Assembly (NCBI GenBank): GCA_973851085.1
Contig: OZ316775.1
Span: forward strand, 16,058,001 to 16,122,000
Source: Ptychomitrium polyphyllum
Taxonomy: Eukaryota
Direction of reading: 5' to 3'
Length of the DNA stretch: 64,000 nt
Positions 38,706-50,720 of this stretch are shown in pieces. Within the stretch, counting starts at the first letter, position 1. Each line of letters starts with the position of its first letter. The notes beneath the pieces are model-generated. The model was given only the letters and a program-made list of their open reading frames with translations. It was not told the DNA's origin and did no database searches. A program made the translations under genes and the position numbers.

Positions 38706-41700
38706 ATTATTGAAGAAATTCAACCATTGGAGGTTGTTTTAGGAGACCAGGCATCTAAAATTGTCTTCAACATCATTCAATGCCGAACAAATCCTATTTT
38801 TTTGGGCCTTCCTTGGTTTGAATTACATAATCTAGACATTGACTGGCGTTTACAAAGTGTGGTCTCAAGGAAAAGACACTAATGTATGAGAAATCTTGAA
38901 CCATCATTTATTAGGGCTAAGGCATTTATGAGAGCGGCAAAAAATGAACCAATCTATGTCATTTATGCCACGGCAATGTCTAGCTCTACAATAGAGACTA
39001 ATCAAAATTTACCTCGTTAATATCAAGATTATAAAGACGTTGTTGAAAAAAAAGGATGCAAACATGTTACCAAAGCACCGGCCCTACGATTGTACCATTG
39101 AGTTGCAAAAAGGAGCCCAACCACCTTTTGGACCTATTTATAACTTATCACAAACCGAGTTGGCTGCTTTGAGAGAATATATTGATGAAAATCTTGGAAA
39201 GGGTTTCATTCAACACTCTAAATTACCTGCTCGAGCATCCATTCTATTTGTAAAGAAGAAAGATGAATCATTTACGTATGTATGTGGACTATAGAGGCCT
39301 CAATAAAATAACAAAAAAGAATTGCTATCCATTACCATTAATGTCAGGACTCCTACAATAACTTGGCCAAGCAAAGATATTCACCAAAATTGATCTTAGA
39401 AGAGCCTACAATCTTGTACGCATCAAAGAAGGAGACGAATGGAAGACAACTTTTTGATCTAGGTATGGTCATTTTGAATACAATGTCATGCCTTTTGGCC
39501 TTACTAATGCTCCTGCAGTCTTTCAACATATGATGAATGATATCTTCTATGAATATCTGGATGATTTTATAGTCATCTATTTAGATGATATTTTGATATA
39601 TTCAAAAGATGAACAAGACCACAAATGTCATGTACGATTGGTTTTAGAAAAATTACGCCAGCGAGGATTATATGCCAAATTGGAGAAGTGCCTTTTCCAT
39701 GAATCCTCGGTTGAATTTTTAGGCTACATCATTTTCAAAGGAGGAATCCATATGGATAAGAAGAAAATGAGCACTATCATGGAGTGGAGTACGCCAAGAT
39801 CAATTTGAGATGTTCAATGCTTCTTGGGATTTGTAAACTTCTATAGAATATTCATCAAGAATTATTCCAAGATTGCGGCACCATTAACACGTCTTACGGG
39901 GAAGCAAAAATTCATTTGGGATGAAAAGGCGGAAAAAGCATTTCAAAGTCTTAAGAAGTCATTCACATCGGCTCCAACTCTTATTCATCGAAATCCATCA
40001 AAGCCTTTTTATTTGGAAGCGGATGCCTCAGATTTTGCGCTTGGCTCAGTACTCTCACAATATGATGAAGACGGGAGACTTCACCCTCTTGCCTTTTGTT
40101 CAAGGAAGTTCTCAGCGGCAGAGATCAACTATAATATACATGATAAAAAACTACTTGTAATTGTGGATGCGTTTGAAGAATGGCGACACTTATTGGAAGG
40201 AGCTCAACATACCATCACGATATATACAGACCACAAAAACTTGGAGTATTTCATGAGTGCGCGCATTTTGAATCGCCGTCAAGCAAGGTGGAGTATGTCA
40301 CTTTCCAGATTTGACTTTGTCATTACCTATCGATCTGGTTGCTTGCAAGGTAAGCCAGATGCTTTATCTCAAAGATCTTATTTAGCTCCTCAATCTGGAG
40401 ATGATGTTTTAAATCAACAAAGGACTATTTTATTGAAACCAGAGAATCTTCAATTGAAAGCAACCATTATTACAACAATATCCCATCTTAACAAAATTCG
40501 GAAGGCTTTGAAGAATGATGTCTTTGTTTCAAATATAAAGAAGCGCCTCAAAGACAATGGAGGTCCTTCAAATAGCGATGAGGACTTTGAATTCCAAGAG
40601 GACCTACTTTATTATAAAGCACTTTTGTACCTATCTCCAGGCCCTTTGCGGTTGAAGATCCATCAAGCACGTCATGATTTTCCAGCAGCAGGACATTTTG
40701 GATTTAATAAAACAATGGAGTTGATTACTAGAGACTATTGGTGGCCACAAATGTGGAAGTACGTAAACGATTTTGTTCGATCATGCGACACTTGTGCAAG
40801 AGCCAAGGTACCAAGACACCAATCTCATGGTCTCTTCCATCCGCTTCCAGTGCCAAAGGGCCTATGGTTGTCTTTATTAATGGATTTTATCACGGACCTT
40901 TCAAATTCCAAATCTAAGGATTTTATTTTGGTAGTGGTAGATTGATTTATCAAAATGGCACATTTCATTCCATACAACAAGACGGTAACGGGAGAAGAAA
41001 CTGCCAAGTTGTTTTTAAATCACGTCTACCGCATACATGGACTACTAGATGATATTGTATCCGATCGAGGGCCGCAGTTCATTTCCAACTTTTGGAGGGC
41101 TGTATTCCAGCTGTTGCGTGTAATGATCAATCTTTCTTCAGCACACCATCCGCAAACTGATGGCCAAACCAAACATGTAAATCAAATTTTGGAACAATAC
41201 CTTTGTTGTAGCATAAACTTCCAGCAAGACAACTGGATGGATCTCTTGCCTTTGGCAGAATTTGCTTACAATAATACGGTGCATTCTTCAACAAGTCAAA
41301 GTTCATTCTTTGCAAACTATGGGCATCATCTTCAAACAGATCCATTTCAAGTGAAGCATGTTGGAAGTCCTCCAACAAAGGATTTTGCAACACAACTTGC
41401 TAAAATCCATCAAGTAATTACCTTCCAATTACAACAAGCTCAAGATCGTTACAAAACTTATGCAGATTGCTATCCAAAGGACCATCCAAAGTTCAAGGTT
41501 GGAGATAGCGTATGACTCCTACGACGAAATGTACAGACAAAAAGACCATCAAAGAAGTTGGACTATCAAAGGATGGGACCGTTTGAAATCAGCAAACAGA
41601 TAAATCTGGTTAGTTATCGCCTAAAGCTACCACCAAGCATGCAAATTCATCCAATATTTCACGTATCGTTGTTGGAAACCTATAACAAATCATGTATACC

Positions 41701-42069
41701 AGAGAGAATTGTCCCTCCGCCTCCTCCGCTGGAAATCAATAATGAAATTGAATATGAAGTGGAAGAGATCTTAGATTCACACATCAAAAACGGTCGTGTG
41801 GAGTACCTTATACATTGACAAGGATATGGCATCAATGACCGAACATGGGAACCTTCAACGAATGTAACAAATGCATCCGAGAAGGTATGCAAATTTCATC
41901 AAAGATATCCTCAGAAACCAGGTCAGTGATGATGTGTCATCAGCAGCCGTTTGCTTCATAGAGAAGTTTTTCCTTCATAGACAAGTATAAGAAGGGAGGA
42001 GAGATATCCAAACCTCCAATTGTATGCAGCATTATTTCCAAGATAGATCATTTCCAGATCCTAGCAAGT

Positions 42070-42528
42070 ATGTCAAATCTTCGTGTTATCATGGATATGC
42101 GTGAAGAGCAATCGGCCATGCCTTCATCAACAACAGCATCTGTTGAGCCAACTCAACTTTCTCAGCCCTCGGTAACGGAGGATCTAAGTCAAGATATGGG
42201 AGGAACATCCCAATGTCAAGTACGACCTTGTGCAGAAGTATTGACTAGTCGCTTTTCACATTCCAGTCTTGATTCAGATGCTCGCGCTTTAGTCATCTTG
42301 TTAGAAATTGGGAGAGTCACTTCTAGAGGACCCGAAATCTTATTTGGAGGATGTTTTGAAGGACTTAATCAAGATTAGATCTTGGAATGGGACATCTCAA
42401 CAACAGAAGTCTTGGCTAGTGGCCATTGGCGCTTCTTGCAAGGATCAATTGAACCAGTGAACAAAGAACAACGAGCAGAATATATTGCTTCACTCCTTCG
42501 ACAAATTTTGGAATTTGTAGAAATGTGA
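42070..42528 (+). pseudogene. Extra ORF downstream of pol in E1 (152 codons, one internal TAG at 42376); unknown accessory protein
   Basis: Reads through one stop to ..GHWRFLQGSIEPVNKEQRAEYIASLLRQILEFVEM*; homologous reading frames lie at the same position in E2 and H. Confidence 0.7.
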
Positions 42529-44453
42529 TAAGCAAGCCAAGAAAAGAGCTTTTCATGGGACTCGTCGCTAAATGCAAAAGTGATGTCACGGACATAGATC
42601 ATACAACATAGTCCTTAGAAAATTCTAGAACCTTTTAATATACTATAATACTTCTTAGAATACTTTTAGATGTCTCCATAGTCTTTTCTATGTTATTAGG
42701 AAGGTTCTATCATCTTAGGTAACTTCCTAGGAAACTTCCAACAAAGATTCCATCACCTTAGGAAACTTCTTAAGAAGGTTCCATCATTTTAAGAAACTTC
42801 CTAGGAAGGTTCCACTACCTTAGGAAACTTCCAAAGAAGGTTCCAACTCCTTGGAAGACTTTTAGGAAGGTTCCAACATCTTAGGAAATTTCTTGGGAAG
42901 GTTCCAATTTCTTAGGAAACTTCTTAGGAAGGTTCCCTAGACTTCCAGAACATTCATAAGCCTTGTAGGAAGCTTCTTTAGAAGTATCCTAGGAGATCCA
43001 ACGTCATAGTATAAATAGGAGGCAAGACAAGGTATTCCTTAGTCTTGCCAACACAAGTTGTGGATCATCTTGAATCCTGCCTTGTTCTAGTCTTTGTATC
43101 AAGTTCTTGTTAATCATTAGCTCTTTGGAAGCTAATTCTTGGGAAACACTTTGTTTCTACTTCTTGTTTCTTGTGTCCCTAACATTTGCAACCATCGATA
43201 GTGACCAACGCCTCTTACTTTGAAACCAAGCATGAACTTTTGTATTTTCATTATGAAAGCATTTTTATAACATTGCTTATAAATTACCTTCATGAATATG
43301 CTCTATTGTAAAGACAATTACAACTAATTCGTTACAAGGTATCTTTCAATGTCTTTTTGGTCTAATTTATTCTTTGTCTTACAATCATCAACATGAACCA
43401 TTTTGTTTGAATGACACCATTAATATAGTATCTATTTTTTAAGTGTCCAAATTTAATATACTAAAAGAATCTCAAGAAATTGTAATAAACTCAAAATACA
43501 AAGGATTAAATTCTATATCATGTATGGTGCTTAAAAATATTTGTTCTAGAAACTGATTTTTCCTCTATTTAAAAAATCTAAGAATCAAGAATCTTCAAGC
43601 TTACGCAATATTAAGCCACTACTTTTTGTGTTGTTACTTTTGATTTAGATGAATGTTGTTGATGGAACTCACAAATTTTTATTAGTAAATTAACAAGATT
43701 GTTAGTTAACTCCTATATACATTCATTGATGTTATGTCCGTGCCAATGAACCAAATATTCCAAGTTTTCATGTTTTATTGTAAATCAAGCACTTCTTCTA
43801 CTTCAATCAAGCACTTCTTCTACTTCAAATTCATGATAATCATAAGGTTTTATTATAGGTGGTGGTAATTGTCTTTGTTTAGGCATGGTTGATTCTTTAT
43901 AAGCTTTTAAAAATGAAACATAAAAGATTGGATGTACCTTTATTGTTGCTAGTAGCTTCAAGCAATATATCACGTGGTTGATTTGTTTTTGAATTGCAAA
44001 TGGTTCCAATCTACAATAGTCCATTTGTTGCATGGCTTGTTAATTTTTAAATTGCTTGAAAGAAGCCACACCTTCTCACCAACTTAAAATGGAAGTTGTT
44101 TCATTCTTATTACTTTTGCTATTGCTTTGTATAGTTTTTAAACTTCTTCTAATTGGGTCTTTATAATTGCTTGAAGCTCAGCCATTTTTGAAACTAATTT
44201 CTTTGTTGTTGGATTCTTAGATTGTGGAGGTTGTAGCATATATATTTTTGGATGATGTTTAAAATTGAAATAGAATGGCGTTTGTTAAATAGAAGTGTGA
44301 GTGATATTGTTGTAAGCAACTCAACTAATGTCAAGTAGGATGTCCAATCCTCTTTGTTGGTAGTTGATGGTATACCTCCAATATTGTTCTTAGATTTAAT
44401 TGATTTGCTTTGTTTAGTCAATGATTTAAGGATGGAAGGCAAAAAAGAATTTG

Positions 44454-47400
44454 TGTCATAGACATACATATTAGAAGCATCTAGAAAGGTTCTTAGAAGA
44501 TTTAGGAAGTTTCCTTGACTTAGGAAGCTTCCAAGGAAGTTGCCTTGGACTGAGAAAGCTTCCAAGGAAGTTGCCTTGGCGTAGGAAGCTTCTAAAGAAG
44601 CAACTCAAGGGTGCTTGAGTACAAAGCAATGTTGGTGAAGCTTCTCAAGAAGCTTCCAAGGCTTGTAGTTCTAGTATATTTAGGAGTCAAGGCTGAAGAA
44701 CTCTTCAGTTTCGACAATGCATCTTTTGTCGTTTACTTTAGACCTTCTGGCCTTGTCTTTTGTACCTTGTTGTAGTTCTTTATCTCTAATATACTTGGAC
44801 TTATGTTGTTCCACATCTTGAAATCCTAAAGCTTTGTTTTGTAGTTACTCTGTCCGTAACAGTTTGTCAAGACTGTCATATAAGAATATTAAAGCTTGGT
44901 CTTTCTTGATAGAGAGCGGATCATCCTTCTTTCTTGAAAGTACTATAACATTCTAAAAGTTGCAGATTACCCTCCTCTGGACTAATATTTCTACATAAAT
45001 TTTCTTTGGTTTCTTGTATAGTTAGTAGTTTTTATCTATTCCCACTTCATTTCTATGCGAGGAGATGAAGAAGTCAATATGACTGATTCAAAAGAAACAA
45101 AGTTAGATTCTATTATCAATGCCCTTGAAGCATTGAGGATCTAGACCAAGACTTTATCCAAACAAAGAGAAGAATTGTATTTAACCATACACAATGGTCA
45201 AGGAATAGAAGCCTTGCGCCAAAGGCCACGTTCTATTTCAATTTATGCATCGGAATTTTGACAACTTGCATGCGACATGAATTGGGGAGAAGAAGCACTA
45301 ATAAATTAATTTTATTGCAGCGTACGCGACAAGATTAATGATTTATTGCTATCCATGCTAGACCCCCAAACACTTGATGAGGCCATCAGCCAAACTTTGA
45401 AGTGTGATAATTGTCTATTTCAACATCAACAAGATAAATAGACTTTGATTACGCCTTGGTCTTATACCAACTTTTCAGTAGCTGCAGCCCCATCTACTTT
45501 TAATAAGTATTTGGAAGCGGAAGCCATGCAAATTGATGTGGTTTGCTTCAAACTCCTTACCGAACATGAGAAGAAGCAACAAAAGGAGCAAGGGTTGTGT
45601 TTGTATTGTGGAAAATTTAGCCACAAGGTTGATAACTGTCCAGACAAACTTCCACGTACATATAAGATGACAGGTACAACCACCATGCTAAATGCTTTGT
45701 AGGATAACGAGGACGTCCAACCATAGTAAGGATCATGCGGCTGGATTTGCTTCCTTTGCAAGAAAATAAAGGTCTTGCTCTATCAGCTCATCCTTCCTCT
45801 TGTTTTACTATATATGTTTGTTTAGGTGTTTAGAAGCTCAAAAGCCTTGCTCTAATGGATTCAGAAGCCTTTGCTTGCTTTATTGACAAAGAATTTATGA
45901 AACTCATAAGTTTCATTTTTGTAGAAAATCCAAACCCGTCCATGTAGAAGTCATAGATGGTCAACTATTATTTTCTAGAGATGTTATTCATAAGACCAAT
46001 CCATTAATAATAACATTGAATAATCATAGTTGCCAAGTGATATTTAATATCATTAGGTCTTCGTTAAATACCATCATTCTAGGGCTTTCTTGGCTTGAAA
46101 AGTACAACTTGCAGATAGATTGGGCATCCCGCAAAGTAAAATTTCCATCAATAGAGCCTCTAATTACTAAGCCTATGGACGAAATTGAAGTATTTTATAG
46201 ATCCAAAAAGCCTCTTTTCATTGGAGCTAGAGCATTTATGAAAGCAATAAAAACTAGTGCTTTTTTTGCTGTGTATGCAACTTCAACGTCCAAAGTTGTG
46301 GCTTCATCCTCAATAATTCCAAAAAAATATAAGGAGTTTAACGATGTATTTGAAAAGAAAAATGCAGACATCTTACCAGAACATTGTCTTTACAACTGAG
46401 CCATAGACCTCTAAAACAATGTCCAGCTACCATTTGGACCTATTGATATTTTATTTCAAAATGAACTTTTATCATTGAGGGAGTAAATTGATGGAAATTT
46501 AGTCAAAAACTTCATCCAACATTCAAAGTCTCCTACTAGTGCTCCAATACTTTTTGTAAAGAAAAAAAATAGATCCTTACAAGTGTGTGTCGATTACCGC
46601 GGCCTCATCAAAATGACGGTAAAGAACTAATATCCATTGCGGCTGATATCTGGGCTTCTTGATCAATTTGGCCAAACAAAGATCTATACAAACATAGACT
46701 TGTAAGGAGCCTACAATTTGGTGCGCATCAAAGAAGGAGACAAATGGAAGACAACATTTTGAACAAGGTATGGACATTTTGAATATAATATCATGCCTTT
46801 TAGACTTACCAATGCACCCGCCATTTTTCAACACTTGATGAATGACATATTTTGGAAATGTCTTGATGATTTTGTTGTATGCTATTTGAATGATATCTTG
46901 ATTTATTCAAAGAATCTAGAGGAACATGAATGACATGTCCGCATAGTCCTACAAAAGTTACAAAATGCTAGTTTATATGCCAAGCTGAAGAAATGTATAT
47001 TCCACAAACCTCAGGTGGAATTCCTTGGTTGTATCATCTCCAATAAAGGGCTATTGATGGATCCAAAGAAAGCCAAAGCAGTTAGCAATTGGACGAGGCC
47101 AAAATCGATACGTGATGTCCAATGCTTTCTTGGATTTGCAAACTTCTATGGAATCTTCATCAAGGACTATTCTTGAATAGCTACACTGCTCACGCGACTA
47201 ATATGTAAGCAAAAGCTTGAGTGGAGTTCCAATGCTGAGAATGCATTCCAAAGTTGAAGCAAGCTTTTACCACAGCTCCTATTATGGTCCATCCGGACTT
47301 TTCATAGCAATTTTATCTTGAGACAAATGCTTCCAACAATGCACTAGGAGCAGTTTTGTCACAAAACGTGAGGAGAAAGGAGACTCCATCCAATTGCATT

Positions 47401-50145
47401 CCATTCAAGAAAATTTTCAGCTACAGATCCACAACAAGGAACTCCTTGCAATTATAGATTTGTTCCAAGAATGGCGTTACTTGCTTGAGGATGCCGCGCA
47501 TCCAATGATTGTATATATAGATCACAAGAACTTGGAATATTTCATGTCAACCCGTGTTTTGAATTGCCGCCAAGCTCGTTGGAGTATATTTTTATCTCAA
47601 TTTGATTTTTGCACCACATATTGACTCAAAAAATAACAAGGGTTATTAGATGCTTTGTCAAGGCAGCACACGATTAACAACAAGCAACTATGTTGAAACC
47701 CAAATGGTTTTATATATGCACTTTTACCATTTCAACTCCGATAGATTCATCGTTTCTTGACTAGGTGCGTGTGGCATCTACCAAGGATCCTCTTATTCTT
47801 GATATCAAGCGTTGTTCCAACAACCTCCCTAAAGATGTGTCTAAGTTCAAATTAGAAGACAACCTTCTTTACTTTGAAGAACGTCTATATATTCTTGAAG
47901 AACAAGTTTGCCTTTGTGTACTTCAAACACGTCATGACTTTCCTATACTTGGACATTTTGGATTCAACAAAACCTTAGAATCCCTCTCTCCAGACTTTTG
48001 CTGGCCTCAAATGTAGAAGGCCGTTAAGGAGTTTGTACTCTTGTGTGATACCTGCTCTAGGTCAAAAAACCCTTGACACCGTTCATATGGACTTTTCCAA
48101 CCACTGCCTATTCCAAGGCAACCGTGGTTGTCTACTTCAATGGATTTCATTACAGATCTTCCACTGTCATATTCTTTTTATACCATCTTCATTATGATAG
48201 ATTGGTTGACCAAGATGACACATTTTGAACCTTGTAAGAAAACAATTACGATTGAAAAGACTACTACATTTTTCATGGATAATCTCTATTGCTACTATAG
48301 ATTATTTGACAATATTATATCAGATCGTGGACCACAGTTTATATCAAGATGTTGGAAGTCGCTCTTTGAGATCCTTAAGGTGGACATCAAACTTTCTTCT
48401 GCCTTCTATCCTCAAATTGATGGCCAAACAAAGCGAGTCAACCAGATCTTGGAGCAATATTTGAGGTGTACCATCAACTATCAACAAAATGATTGAACTT
48501 CATTAGTTGAGTTTGCCTACAACAACGCAACTCATGCTTCCATCCAACAAACGCCATTATACTCCAACTATGAACATCATTCAAAAATGGATATGTTATA
48601 GCCTCCACAATTTGAGAATCTAACAGCAAAAGAATTTGCCACAAGAATGGCAAGGCTTCCTACAACCATGAAGACTCAACTACAGGAAGCTCAAGAACAA
48701 TATAAAACGGCAGCAAATGCAACAAGGAAGGAACAACCTCCATTCCAAGTTGGTGAAAAGGTGCCGCTCCTTTGACGTAGTATAAGAACTATTAGGCCAA
48801 GTGATAAGCTGGACTATCGCAAATTGGAACCATTTGCAATCAAAAAACATATCAACCACGTGGCACATTGTTTGGAACTACCAACGTCAATGAAATTACA
48901 TCCCGTCTTCCACGTTTCACTTTTGAAAATGTATAAGGAATCAAATATCCCTAGATGAAGGCAGCTGCCACCACTTGTGGTTGAAATCGACAATTATCAT
49001 GAATTTGAAGTGGAAGAAGTGCTTAACTCACGGATAAGAGGTGGAAAGCTAGAATACTTGATACATTGGCGCGGATATGACATTAGTGAACGTACATGGG
49101 AGCCAGCTAACAACCTTACAAATTCACGAGTAAAAGTTTGTGAGTTCAATTGATAACATCCATCCAAACCAAAAGTAGCAGTAGATGGAACAGTGGCTCG
49201 GTAAGGCTGCGTAACTTTAAAAGCTCTTGATGCTTAGGCTTTTAAGTAGAAGAGAAAGCAATTCCTAGATCATAAGTATTCAAAGCCCCAGACATGATTT
49301 AGAAATTAGTTGTTTGTATTTTGAAGTTTGTCAAAGTTTTTGAGACTAGCTCGATATATTAAATATAAATAGTCAAGATGCAAATACCATGGCAGTGGTG
49401 TCAACCCAATCAAGTGGCTCTCGTTGACGATATTATGATGAAGAACAAATTGACCAAGAAGATGTCTAAGGATACCCTGCAATAGATTGTTGGTGATTGT
49501 CTTTAAAGTAGAGCCGGCTTACAAAAGTTATCCAGAAGCTGCTTTTGAAGGACGCTTTCACAACAAAGATACAAAAGTTCATGCTTGGTCCCAAGTAAAA
49601 GGCGTTGGACACTATCGATGGTTTCAAGGAATCCATGAATCATTTGAATCAAGAAAGGCAATTGGAGCATATTATAGATACTATGCAACAAATTTTTGAC
49701 TTCTTACGACTTTGACCACTTATTGCAACATGCTCTTTGGAAACCTCGAAGCTAGAAGAGAAGGTGATGTCACAAACATACATATTAGAAGCATCTAGAA
49801 AGGTTCTTAGAAGATATAGGAAGTTTCCTTGACTTAAGAAGCTTCCAAGGAAGTTACCTCGGCCTAGAAAACTTCTAAGGAAGCAACTCAAGGTTGCTTG
49901 AGTACAAAGCAATGTTGGTGAAGCTTCTCAAGAAGCTTCCAAGGCTTGTAATTCTAGTATATGTAGGAGTAGAGGTAGAAGAGCTCTTCAATCTCAACAA
50001 TGCACCTCTTGTGGTTTACATTAGACCTTCTGGCCTTTGTCTTTTGTACCTTGTTGTAGTTCTTTATCTCTAATATACTTAGACTTATCTTGTTCCACAT
50101 TTTGGAATCCTGGAGCCTTATCTTGTAGTTACTTTGTCCGTAACA
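44454..50145 (+). mobile_element. Element E2: decayed Ty3/gypsy chromovirus (Tcn1-like); LTRs 44454-44861 and 49768-50145; TSD ATTTG/GTTTG; inserted in the H integrase
   Basis: TG..CA LTR pair; PPT GCTAGAAGAGAAGGTGA. gag remnant (EAMQID..GLCLYCG), PR, RT, RNase H, integrase (SMDFITDLP, SDRGPQF) and chromodomain (HEFEVEEVLNS..EYLIHWRGY); numerous stops; internal gag deletion near 45220. Confidence 0.92.
49481..49715 (+). pseudogene. Remnant of the extra 3' ORF in E2 (homologue of 42070-42528)
   Basis: NRLLVIVFKVEPAYKSYPEAAFEGRFHNKDTKVHAWSQVKGVGHYRWFQG / (1-nt shift) SMNHLNQERQLEHIIDTMQQIFDFLRL*. Confidence 0.65.
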
Positions 50146-50332
50146 GTTTGATAACCACTTTAAAAATTGAAAAGAGTGACTTCTAAAATCTTAATATGAA
50201 TTGCGGCCTATAGTTTGATATAATATTATTAGTCAATCTATAATAATGGGTAGACATTATCTACAAGAATTGTTGTAGTTTTTTTGTTTATAATCAACCT
50301 CTTGCAAAGTACAAAAGGCCATCTTCATCAAT

Positions 50333-50720
50333 TATTACGGAGAGAGTAATAACAAGATAAGGCTTTAGAATTCCAAGATGTAGAATAAGATATGCCCTAA
50401 GTATATTAGAAATAAAGTGCTATAATAAGGTACAAAGTTAAGGCTAGAAGGTTTGAGCTAGACCACAAGAGATGCATTGTCAAGATTGAAGATCTCTTTA
50501 GCCTTTATTCCTATATATATTAAGACTACAAGCCTTAAAAGCTTCTTGAGAAGCTTCTAGTATATTGCTTTATATTCAAGCAACCTCGGTTTACTTCCTT
50601 AAAAGTTTTTAAACCAATGTAACTTCTTTGGAAGCTTCTTAAGCCAAGGCAACTTCCTTGAAAGCTTCTTAAACCTTCTAAGAACCTTTTTAGATGCTTT
50701 TAATATGTATGTCCATGACA
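50333..50720 (-). mobile_element. Solo LTR of the E2/H family with TSD TCAAT, inserted in the H integrase
   Basis: Reverse complement of the E2 LTR (TGTCATGGACATACATATT...CCGTAATA). TCAAT at 50328-50332 and 50721-50725. Removal restores H VVIDIL|MKMA. Confidence 0.88.

Larger units (their letters stand above)
28857..43184 (+). mobile_element. Element E1: Ty3/gypsy chromovirus (Tcn1-like), defective; LTRs 28857-29470 and 42584-43184; TSD TTTGC; E4 inserted in its protease
   Basis: TG..CA LTR pair (about 16 substitutions plus two repeat-unit indels by eye). Perfect TSD TTTGC at 28852-28856 and 43185-43189. gag 29707-30726; pol about 30699-30994 + 38711-41929 with RT YLDD, RNase H EADASDFA, integrase HHCC/SDRG and chromodomain EYEVEEILDS; many stops. 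Confidence 0.95.

Noticed and set aside
42070..42528. Calling the extra ORF an env gene
   Set aside because: Too short, with no signal peptide or transmembrane stretch; kept only as an unknown accessory ORF.
50146..50150. GTTTG after the E2 3' LTR as the start of another PBS (tandem element)
   Set aside because: The following sequence is minus-strand H integrase, and GTTTG matches the left flank ATTTG as a TSD.
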